Shown: in pieces, positions 26,501-37,100 of the stretch | Layout of the letters: each line of letters starts with the position of its first letter | Position numbering within the stretch: the first letter of the stretch is position 1 | From: Auanema rhodensis | Lineage: Eukaryota > Animalia > Nematoda | Direction: 5' to 3' | Length of the DNA stretch: 64,000 nt | Assembly: GCA_964057225.1 (NCBI GenBank) | Contig: OZ059898.1 | Span: 16,926,001-16,990,000 of the forward strand | The notes under the pieces: model-generated | Seen by the model: the letters and a program-made list of their open reading frames with translations, nothing else | The model's database searches: none | What the model was told of the DNA's origin: nothing | Program-made: the position numbers and the translations under genes

Positions 26501-29500
26501 GAGATTTGCGCTAGCTTAAAAATGCACCGAGATATCAACTGATATAAGTTCACACTTATATCCTCAATTTTCACCCTGAAGAAATAATTTTTTCGTTGAA
26601 TAACATTGTCCATCGTCTTTGCCTTGAAAAAAGGAATCTAAAAACATCTACTTTTTGCTAAATTATTTTGAAGTTTTTCGAAAAAATTTTTGTCAAAATG
26701 TTTTTGGAAGCAATGTTGAGTGTACATGGAAACTCAACATACACTAATGCATCATTTTTCAAACGATCATAACTAATTTTTGTATTAAGCGTTTCTCAAT
26801 GTAGTATAGTGCATTTGATGCGGATTTTTAAGCTGCGTCGATCTGTGTTATCAAATTTGCGCTAGCTTAAAAATTCACCGAGATATCAACTGATATAAGT
26901 TCACACTTATATCCTCGATTTTCACCCTGAAGAAATAATTTTTTCGTTGAATAACATTGTCCATCGTCTTTGCCTTGAAAAAAGGAATCTAAAAACATCT
27001 ACTTTTTGCTAAATTATTCTGAAATTTTTCGAAAAAATTTTTGTCAAAATGTTTTTGGAAGCAATGTTGAGTGTACATGGAAACTCAACATACACTAATG
27101 CATCATTTTTCAAACGATCATAACTAATTTTTGTATTAAGCGTTTCTCAATGTAGTATAGTGCATTCGATGCGGATTTTCAAACTGCGTCGATCTGTGTT
27201 ATCAGATTTGCGCTAGCTTAAAAATGCACCGAGATATGAACTGATATAAGTTCACACTTATATCCTCGATTTTCACCCTGAAGAATTATTTTTTTCGTTG
27301 AATAACATTGTCCATCGTCTTTGCCTTGAAAAAAGAAATCTAAAAACATCTACTTTTTGCTAAATTATTCTGAAATTTTTCGAAAAAATTTTTGTCAAAA
27401 TGTTTTTGGAAGCAATGTTGAGTGTACATGGAAACTCAACATACACTAATGCATCATTTTTCAAACGATCATAACAAATTTTTGTATTAAGCGTTTCTCA
27501 ATGTAGTATAGTGCATTCGATGCGGATTTTTAAGCTGCGTCGATCTGTGTTATCAAATTTGCGCTAGCTTAAAAATGCACCGAGATATCAACTGATATAA
27601 GTTCACACTTATATCCTCAATTTTCACCCTGAAGAAATAATTTTTTCGTTGAATAACATTGTCCATCGTCTTTGCCTTGAAAAAAGGAATCTAAAAACAT
27701 CTACTTTTTGCTAAATTATTTTGAAGTTTTTCGAAAAAATTTTTGTCAAAATGTTTTTGGAAGCAATGTTGAGTGTACATGGAAACTCAACATACACTAA
27801 TGCATCATTTTTCAAACGATCATAACTAATTTTTGTATTAAGCGTTTCTCAATGTAGTATAGTGCATTCGATGCGGATTTTTAAGCTGCGTCGATCTGTG
27901 TTATCAGATTTGAGCTAGCTTAAAAATGCACCGAGATATCAACTGATATAAGTTCACACTTATATCCTCGATTTTCACCCTGAAGAAATAATTTTTTCGT
28001 TGAATAACATTGTCCATCGTCTTTGCCTTGAAAAAAGGAATCTAAAAACATCTACTTTTTGCTAAATTATTTTGAAGTTTTTCGAAAAAATTTTTGTCAA
28101 AATGTTTTTGGAAGCAATGTTGAGTGTACATGGAAACTCAACATACACTAATGCATCATTTTTCAAACGATCATAACTAATTTTTGTATTAAGCGTTTCT
28201 CAATGTAGTATAGTGCATTCGATGCGGATTTTTAAGCTGCGTCGATCTGTGTTATCAGATTTGAGCTAGCTTAAAAATGCACCGAGATATCAACTGATAT
28301 AAGTTCACACTTATATCCTCGATTTTCACCCTGAAGAAATAATTTTTTCGTTGAATAACATTGTCCATCGTCTTTGCCTTGAAAAAAGGAATCTAAAAAC
28401 ATCTACTTTTTGCTAAATTATTTTGAAGTTTTTCGAAAAAATTTTTGTCAAAATGTTTTTGGAAGCAATGTTGAGTGTACATGGAAACTCAACATACACT
28501 AATGCATCATTTTTCAAACGATCATAACTAATTTTTGTATAAAGCGTTTCTCAATGTAGTATAGTGCATTCGATGCAGATTTGTAAGCTGCGTCGATCTG
28601 TGTTATCAGATTTGCGCTAGCTTAAAAATGCACCGAGATATCAACTGATATAAGTTCACACTTATATCCTCGATTTTCACCCTGAAGAATTAATTTTTTT
28701 GTTGAATAACATTGTCCATCGTCTTTGCCTTGAGAAAAGGAATTTGAAAACATCTACTTTTTGCTAAATTATTTTGAAATTTTTCGAAAAAATTTTTGTC
28801 AAAATGTTTTTGGAAGCAATGTTGAGTGTACATGGAAACTCAACATACACTAATGCATCATTTTTCAAACGATCATAACAAATTTTTGTATTAAGCGTTT
28901 CTCAATGTAGTATAGTGCATTCGATGCGGATTTTTAAGCTGCGTCGATCTGTGTTATGAGATTTGCGCTAGCTTAAAAATGCACCGAGATATCAACTGAT
29001 ATAAGTTCACACTTATATCCTCGATTTTCACCCTGAAGAATTAATTTTTTCGTTGAATAACATTGTCCATCGTCTTTGCTTTGAAAAAAGGAATCTAAAA
29101 ACTTCTATTTTTTGCTAAATTATTTTGAAATTTTTCGAAAAAATTTTTGTCAAAATGTTTTTGGAAGCAATGTTGAGTGTACATGTAAACTCAACATACA
29201 CTAATGCACCATTTTTCAAACAATCATAACTAATTTTTGTATTAAGCGTTTTTCAATGTAGTATAGTGCATTTGATGCGGATTTTTAAGCTGCGTCGATC
29301 TGTGTTATCAAATTTGCGCTAGCTTAAAAATGCACCGAGATATCAACTGATATAAGTTCACACTTATATCCTCGATTTTCACCCTGAAGAAATGATTTTT
29401 TCGTTGAATAACATTGTCCATCGTCTTTGCCTTGAAAAAAGGAATCTAAAAACATCTACTTTTTGCTAAATTATTCTGAAATTTTTCGAAAAAATTTTTG

Positions 29501-30591
29501 TCAAAATGTTTTTGGAAGCAATGTTGAGTGTACATGGAAACTCAACATACACTAATGCATCATTTTTCAAACGATCATAACTAATTTTTGTATTAAGCGT
29601 TTCTCAATGTAGTATAGTGCATTCGATGCGGATTTTTAAACTGCGTCGATCTGTGTTATCAGATTTGCGCTAGCTTAAAAATGCACCGAGATATGAACTG
29701 ATATAAGTTCACACTTATATCCTCGATTTTCACCCTGAAGAATTATTTTTTTCGTTGAATAACATTGTCCATCGTCTTTGCCTTGAAAAAAGAAATCTAA
29801 AAACATCTACTTTTTGCTAAATTATTCTGAAATTTTTCGAAAAAATTTTTGTCAAAATGTTTTTGGAAGCAATGTTGAGTGTACATGGAAACTCAACATA
29901 CACTAATGCATCATTTTTCAAACGATCATAACAAATTTTTGTATTAAGCGTTTCTCAATGTAGTATAGTGCATTCGATGCGGATTTTTAAGCTGCGTCGA
30001 TCTGTGTTATGAGATTTGCGCTAGCTTAAAAATCCACCGAGATATCAACTGATATAAGTTCACACTTATATCCTCAATTTTCACCCTGAAGAAATAATTT
30101 TTTCGTTGAATAACATTGTCCATCGTCTTTGCCTTGAAAAAAGGAATCTAAAAACATCTACTTTTTGCTAAATTATTCTGAAATTTTTCGAAAAAATTTT
30201 TGTCAAAATGTTTTTGGAAGCAATGTTGAGTGTACATGGAAACTCAACATACACTAATGCATCATTTTTCAAACGATCATAACAAATTTTTGTATTAAGC
30301 GTTTCTCAATGTAGTATAGTGCATTCGATGCGGATTTTTAAGCTGCGTCGATCTGTGTTATGAGATTTGCGCTAGCTTAAAAATGCACCGAGATATCAAC
30401 TGATATAAGTTCACACTTATATCCTCAATTTTCACCCTGAAGAAATAATTTTTTCGTTGAATAACATTGTCCATCGTCTTTGCCTTGAAAAAAGGAATCT
30501 AAAAACATCTACTTTTTGCTAAATTATTTTGAAGTTTTTCGAAAAAATTTTTGTCAAAATGTTTTTGGAAGCAATGTTGAGTGTACATGGA

Positions 30592-30599
30592 AACTCAAC
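30592..30599 (+). repeat. Left target-site duplication AACTCAAC
   Basis: Occurs once in every uninterrupted monomer but twice here (30592-30599 and 31168-31175). It does not extend to 9 bp (preceding bases A versus C). Confidence 0.95.
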
Positions 30600-30627
30600 G
30601 GCGCTTGTTTAGTAGATGCCACCCCCC
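30600..30627 (+). repeat. Left terminal inverted repeat (28 bp)
   Basis: GGCGCTTGTTTAGTAGATGCCACCCCCC versus the reverse complement of the right end, GGGGCTGGTTTAGTAGTTGCCACCCCCC; mismatches at positions 3, 7 and 17. Confidence 0.95.
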
Positions 30628-30740
30628 TCTGTGGCGCATGCCGTATGCTAATGCGCTCGATCAAAATTTTATCAGAATAATTAAAGTTTTCTGAATAATA
30701 ATAAGAAGATGATACGAAAAAGTTTAGATTTTATCAGAAA

Positions 30741-30797
30741 GTTTGTTTTTGGGCACTGCATATAAATCTAATACAGCGGGAGTGCCCAATGTCAAAC
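30741..30797. other. Imperfect inverted repeat enclosing TATAAA
   Basis: GTTTG-ttt-TTGGGCACT (30741-30757) pairs with AGTGCCCAA-tgt-CAAAC (30781-30797). The 23-nt loop contains TATAAA at 30761-30766. Confidence 0.75.
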
Positions 30798-30805
30798 CCG
30801 GGGGG

Positions 30806-30828
30806 TCTGGGGGGGTATCCCCCCCAGA
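30806..30828. other. Perfect GC-rich hairpin TCTGGGGGGG-TAT-CCCCCCCAGA
   Basis: 10-bp perfect stem with a 3-nt loop, preceded by a further G6 run (30800-30805). Confidence 0.9.
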
Positions 30829-31039
30829 TGTATAGAAGCATACTTAAATATCAAAATAAGATTCCTTCTTAAAACTATTTCATTTTTCGAATTAATGACA
30901 ATATTTTAAACTAACGACTTTTTTTTAAATTTTTCTACTGCGTGCAGATTTATTTTGAATCCAAAAGAAGTGAAAATACGCCATTTTTACATTAGCGCAA
31001 CATCATTTGCATATAGCATACCCTAGCAAGCTAAACGAT

Positions 31040-31111
31040 GACGGTTATAGCGCAGTCGGCAGTGGTACGAGTTATTAATCCTAACTTATAAGATCGGATC
31101 CCGCTACCGTC
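31040..31111 (+). pseudogene. Degenerate tRNA-like (tRNA-derived or SINE-head-like) module inside the transposon
   Basis: 72 nt closed by GACGGT/ACCGTC. A-box-like TAGCGCAGTCGG at 31048-31059, stem-loop AGTTA-TTAATCC-TAACT at 31070-31086, degenerate B-box-like AGATCGGATCC at 31091-31101. D and T stems do not pair properly, so it is not an intact tRNA. Confidence 0.5.
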
Positions 31112-31139
31112 GAAATTAGCATAGGGAAAACATGAAAAT

Positions 31140-31167
31140 GGGGGGTGGCAACTACTAAACCAGCCCC
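31140..31167 (-). repeat. Right terminal inverted repeat (28 bp)
   Basis: GGGGGGTGGCAACTACTAAACCAGCCCC, the inverted partner of 30600-30627. Confidence 0.95.
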
Positions 31168-31175
31168 AACTCAAC
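31168..31175 (+). repeat. Right target-site duplication AACTCAAC
   Basis: Exact copy of 30592-30599 immediately after the right TIR. Confidence 0.95.
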
Positions 31176-34100
31176 ATACACTAATGCATCATTTTTCAAA
31201 CGATCATAACTAATTTTTGTATTAAGCGTTTCTCAATGTAGTATAGTGCATTTGATGCGGATTTTTAAGCTGCGTCGATCTGTGTTATCAAATTTGCGCT
31301 AGCTTAAAAATGCACCGAGATATCAACTGATATAAGTTCACACTTATATCCTCGATTTTCACCCTGAAGAAATAATTTTTTCGTTGAATAACATTGTCCA
31401 TCGTCTTTGCCTTGAAAAAAGGAATCTAAAAACATCTACTTTTTGCTAAATTATTCTGAAATTTTTCGAAAAAATTTTTGTCAAAATGTTTTTGGAAGCA
31501 ATGTTGAGTGTACATGGAAACTCAACATACACTAATGCATCATTTTTCAAACGATCATAACTAATTTTTGTATTAAGCGTTTCTCAATGTAGTATAGTGC
31601 ATTCGATGCGGATTTTCAAACTGCGTCGATCTGTGTTATCAGATTTGCGCTAGCTTAAAAATGCACCGAGATATGAACTGATATAAGTTCACACTTATAT
31701 CCTCGATTTTCACCCTGAAGAATTATTTTTTTCGTTGAATAACATTGTCCATCGTCTTTGCCTTGAAAAAAGAAATCTAAAAACATCTACTTTTTGCTAA
31801 ATTATTCTGAAATTTTTCGAAAAAATTTTTGTCAAAATGTTTTTGGAAGCAATGTTGAGTGTACATGGAAACTCAACATACACTAATGCATCATTTTTCA
31901 AACGATCATAACAAATTTTTGTATTAAGCGTTTCTCAATGTAGTATAGTGCATTCGATGCGGATTTGTAAGCTGCGTCGATCTGTGTTATCAAATTTGCG
32001 CTAGCTTAAAAATGCACCGAGATATCAACTGATATAAGTTCACACTTATATCCTCAATTTTCACCCTGAAGAAATAATTTTTTCGTTGAATAACATTGTC
32101 CATCGTCTTTGCCTTGAAAAAAGGAATCTAAAAACATCTACTTTTTGCTAAATTATTTTGAAGTTTTTCGAAAAAATTTTTGTCAAAATGTTTTTGGAAG
32201 CAATGTTGAGTGTACATGGAAACTCAACATACACTAATGCATCATTTTTCAAACGATCATAACTAATTTTTGTATTAAGCGTTTCTCAATGTAGTATAGT
32301 GCATTCGATGCGGATTTTTAAACTGCGTCGATCTGTGTTATCAGATTTGCGCTAGCTTAAAAATGCACCGAGATATGAACTGATATAAGTTCACACTTAT
32401 ATCCTCGATTTTCACCCTGAAGAATTATTTTTTTCGTTGAATAACATTGTCCATCGTCTTTGCCTTGAAAAAAGAAATCTAAAAACATCTACTTTTTGCT
32501 AAATTATTCTGAAATTTTTCGAAAAAATTTTTGTCAAAATGTTTTTGGAAGCAATGTTGAGTGTACATGGAAACTCAACATACACTAATGCATCATTTTT
32601 CAAACGATCATAACAAATTTTTGTATTAAGCGTTTCTCAATGTAGTATAGTGCATTCGATGCGGATTTTTAAGCTGCGTCGATCTGTGTTATGAGATTTG
32701 CGCTAGCTTAAAAATCCACCGAGATATCAACTGATATAAGTTCACACTTATATCCTCAATTTTCACCCTGAAGAAATAATTTTTTCGTTGAATAACATTG
32801 TCCATCGTCTTTGCCTTGAAAAAAGGAATCTAAAAACATCTACTTTTTGCTAAATTATTCTGAAATTTTTCGAAAAAATTTTTGTCAAAATGTTTTTGGA
32901 AGCAATGTTGAGTGTACATGGAAACTCAACATACACTAATGCATCATTTTTCAAACGATCATAACAAATTTTTGTATTAAGCGTTTCTCAATGTAGTATA
33001 GTGCATTCGATGCGGATTTTTAAGCTGCGTCGATCTGTGTTATGAGATTTGCGCTAGCTTAAAAATGCACCGAGATATCAACTGATATAAGTTCACACTT
33101 ATATCCTCAATTTTCACCCTGAAGAAATAATTTTTTCGTTGAATAACATTGTCCATCGTCTTTGCCTTGAAAAAAGGAATCTAAAAACATCTACTTTTTG
33201 CTAAATTATTCTGAAGTTTTTCGAAAAAATTTTTGTCAAAATGTTTTTGGAAGCAATGTTGAGTGTACATGGAAACTCAACATACACTAATGCATCATTT
33301 TTCAAACGATCATAACTAATTTTTGTATTAAGCGTTTCTCAATGTAGTATAGTGCATTTGATGCGGATTTTTAAGCTGCGTCGATCTGTGTTATCAAATT
33401 TGCGCTAGCTTAAAAATGCACCGAGATATCAACTGATATAAGTTCACACTTATATCCTCGATTTTCACCCTGAAGAAATAATTTTTTCGTTGAATAACAT
33501 TGTCCATCGTCTTTGCCTTGAAAAAAGGAATCTAAAAACATCTACTTTTTGCTAAATTATTCTGAAATTTTTCGAAAAAATTTTTGTCAAAATGTTTTTG
33601 GAAGCAATGTTGAGTGTACATGGAAACTCAACATACACTAATGCATCATTTTTCAAACGATCATAACTAATTTTTGTATTAAGCGTTTCTCAATGTAGTA
33701 TAGTGCATTCGATGCGGATTTTCAAACTGCGTCGATCTGTGTTATCAGATTTGCGCTAGCTTAAAAATGCACCGAGATATGAACTGATATAAGTTCACAC
33801 TTATATCCTCGATTTTCACCCTGAAGAATTATTTTTTTCGTTGAATAACATTGTCCATCGTCTTTGCCTTGAAAAAAGAAATCTAAAAACATCTACTTTT
33901 TGCTAAATTATTCTGAAATTTTTCGAAAAAATTTTTGTCAAAATGTTTTTGGAAGCAATGTTGAGTGTACATGGAAACTCAACATACACTAATGCATCAT
34001 TTTTCAAACGATCATAACAAATTTTTGTATTAAGCGTTTCTCAATGTAGTATAGTGCATTCGATGCGGATTTGTAAGCTGCGTCGATCTGTGTTATCAAA

Positions 34101-37100
34101 TTTGCGCTAGCTTAAAAATGCACCGAGATATCAACTGATATAAGTTCACACTTATATCCTCAATTTTCACCCTGAAGAAATAATTTTTTCGTTGAATAAC
34201 ATTGTCCATCGTCTTTGCCTTGAAAAAAGGAATCTAAAAACATCTACTTTTTGCTAAATTATTTTGAAGTTTTTCGAAAAAATTTTTGTCAAAATGTTTT
34301 TGGAAGCAATGTTGAGTGTACATGGAAACTCAACATACACTAATGCATCATTTTTCAAACGATCATAACTAATTTTTGTATTAAGCGTTTCTCAATGTAG
34401 TATAGTGCATTCGATGCGGATTTTTAAACTGCGTCGATCTGTGTTATCAGATTTGCGCTAGCTTAAAAATGCACCGAGATATGAACTGATATAAGTTCAC
34501 ACTTATATCCTCGATTTTCACCCTGAAGAATTATTTTTTTCGTTGAATAACATTGTCCATCGTCTTTGCCTTGAAAAAAGAAATCTAAAAACATCTACTT
34601 TTTGCTAAATTATTCTGAAATTTTTCGAAAAAATTTTTGTCAAAATGTTTTTGGAAGCAATGTTGAGTGTACATGGAAACTCAACATACACTAATGCATC
34701 ATTTTTCAAACGATCATAACAAATTTTTGTATTAAGCGTTTCTCAATGTAGTATAGTGCATTCGATGCGGATTTTTAAGCTGCGTCGATCTGTGTTATGA
34801 GATTTGCGCTAGCTTAAAAATCCACCGAGATATCAACTGATATAAGTTCACACTTATATCCTCAATTTTCACCCTGAAGAAATAATTTTTTCGTTGAATA
34901 ACATTGTCCATCGTCTTTGCCTTGAAAAAAGGAATCTAAAAACATCTACTTTTTGCTAAATTATTCTGAAATTTTTCGAAAAAATTTTTGTCAAAATGTT
35001 TTTGGAAGCAATGTTGAGTGTACATGGAAACTCAACATACACTAATGCATCATTTTTCAAACGATCATAACAAATTTTTGTATTAAGCGTTTCTCAATGT
35101 AGTATAGTGCATTCGATGCGGATTTTTAAGCTGCGTCGATCTGTGTTATGAGATTTGCGCTAGCTTAAAAATGCACCGAGATATCAACTGATATAAGTTC
35201 ACACTTATATCCTCAATTTTCACCCTGAAGAAATAATTTTTTCGTTGAATAACATTGTCCATCGTCTTTGCCTTGAAAAAAGGAATCTAAAAACATCTAC
35301 TTTTTGCTAAATTATTTTGAAGTTTTTCGAAAAAATTTTTGTCAAAATGTTTTTGGAAGCAATGTTGAGTGTACATGGAAACTCAACATACACTAATGCA
35401 TCATTTTTCAAACGATCATAACTAATTTTTGTATTAAGCGTTTCTCAATGTAGTATAGTGCATTTGATGCGGATTTTTAAGCTGCGTCGATCTGTGTTAT
35501 CAAATTTGCGCTAGCTTAAAAATGCACCGAGATATCAACTGATATAAGTTCACACTTATATCCTCGATTTTCACCCTGAAGAAATAATTTTTTCGTTGAA
35601 TAACATTGTCCATCGTCTTTGCCTTGAAAAAAGGAATCTAAAAACATCTACTTTTTGCTAAATTATTCTGAAATTTTTCGAAAAAATTTTTGTCAAAATG
35701 TTTTTGGAAGCAATGTTGAGTGTACATGGAAACTCAACATACACTAATGCATCATTTTTCAAACGATCATAACTAATTTTTGTATTAAGCGTTTCTCAAT
35801 GTAGTATAGTGCATTCGATGCGGATTTTCAAACTGCGTCGATCTGTGTTATCAGATTTGCGCTAGCTTAAAAATGCACCGAGATATGAACTGATATAAGT
35901 TCACACTTATATCCTCGATTTTCACCCTGAAGAATTATTTTTTTCGTTGAATAACATTGTCCATCGTCTTTGCCTTGAAAAAAGAAATCTAAAAACATCT
36001 ACTTTTTGCTAAATTATTCTGAAATTTTTCGAAAAAATTTTTGTCAAAATGTTTTTGGAAGCAATGTTGAGTGTACATGGAAACTCAACATACACTAATG
36101 CATCATTTTTCAAACGATCATAACAAATTTTTGTATTAAGCGTTTCTCAATGTAGTATAGTGCATTCGATGCGGATTTGTAAGCTGCGTCGATCTGTGTT
36201 ATCAAATTTGCGCTAGCTTAAAAATGCACCGAGATATCAACTGATATAAGTTCACACTTATATCCTCAATTTTCACCCTGAAGAAATAATTTTTTCGTTG
36301 AATAACATTGTCCATCGTCTTTGCCTTGAAAAAAGGAATCTAAAAACATCTACTTTTTGCTAAATTATTTTGAAGTTTTTCGAAAAAATTTTTGTCAAAA
36401 TGTTTTTGGAAGCAATGTTGAGTGTACATGGAAACTCAACATACACTAATGCATCATTTTTCAAACGATCATAACTAATTTTTGTATTAAGCGTTTCTCA
36501 ATGTAGTATAGTGCATGCATTCGATGCGGATTTTTAAGCTGCGTCGATCTGTGTTATCAGATTTGAGCTAGCTTAAAAATGCACCGAGATATCAACTGAT
36601 ATAAGTTCACACTTATATCCTCGATTTTCACCCTGAAGAAATAATTTTTTCGTTGAATAACATTGTCCATCGTCTTTGCCTTGAAAAAAGGAATCTAAAA
36701 ACATCTACTTTTTGCTAAATTATTTTGAAGTTTTTCGAAAAAATTTTTGTCAAAATGTTTTTGGAAGCAATGTTGAGTGTACATGGAAACTCAACATACA
36801 CTAATGCATCATTTTTCAAACGATCATAACTAATTTTTGTATTAAGCGTTTCTCAATGTAGTATAGTGCATTCGATGCGGATTTTCAAGCTGCGTCGATC
36901 TGTGTTATCAGATTTGCGCTAGCTTAAAAATGCACCGAGATATCAACTGATATAAGTTCACACTTATATCCTCGATTTTCACCCTGAAGAATTAATTTTT
37001 TTGTTGAATAACATTGTCCATCGTCTTTGCCTTGAGAAAAGGAATTTGAAAACATCTACTTTTTGCTAAATTATTTTGAAATTTTTCGAAAAAATTTTTG

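Larger units (their letters stand above)
1..30599. repeat. 351-bp tandem satellite array, left part (~87 monomers)
   Basis: CTAAATTATT(C/T)TGAAATTTTTCG recurs at 1, 352, 703, 1054 and onward (period 351). Monomers differ by a few substitutions and rare indels, all in one orientation. Confidence 0.99.
30600..31167. mobile_element. 568-bp non-autonomous TIR DNA transposon (MITE-like), probably Merlin/IS1016-related
   Basis: Non-satellite segment flanked by an exact 8-bp direct repeat AACTCAAC and bounded by 28-bp inverted repeats (25/28 identical) starting GG. No ORF in the track. TIR element status is seen directly; the superfamily is inferred from the 8-bp TSD plus GG termini. Confidence 0.9.
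29600..36480. repeat. 6-monomer (2106-bp) higher-order repeat, ~3 copies, first copy interrupted by the transposon, approximate limits
   Basis: AATCCACC variant at 30034, 32716 and 34822 (gaps 2106+576 and 2106). ATTTGTAAG variant at 31967, 34073 and 36179 (gaps 2106). Confidence 0.88.

Noticed and set aside
30666-30739. 12-bp direct repeat ATTTTATCAGAA (30666-30677, 30728-30739) as TSD of a nested insertion
   Set aside because: It is AT-rich and the 50 bp between the copies has no terminal repeats or tail.
31040-31111. Functional tRNA gene (e.g. Ile-AAT from the loop TTAATCC)
   Set aside because: D and T stems do not form and the canonical TTC of the T loop is missing; retained only as a tRNA-like relic.
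30600-31167. Insertion as a SINE, LINE, solo LTR or Helitron
   Set aside because: It has clear TIRs and an 8-bp TSD, no poly(A) tail, no TG...CA or TC...CTRR ends, and the tRNA-like part is internal rather than at the 5' end.
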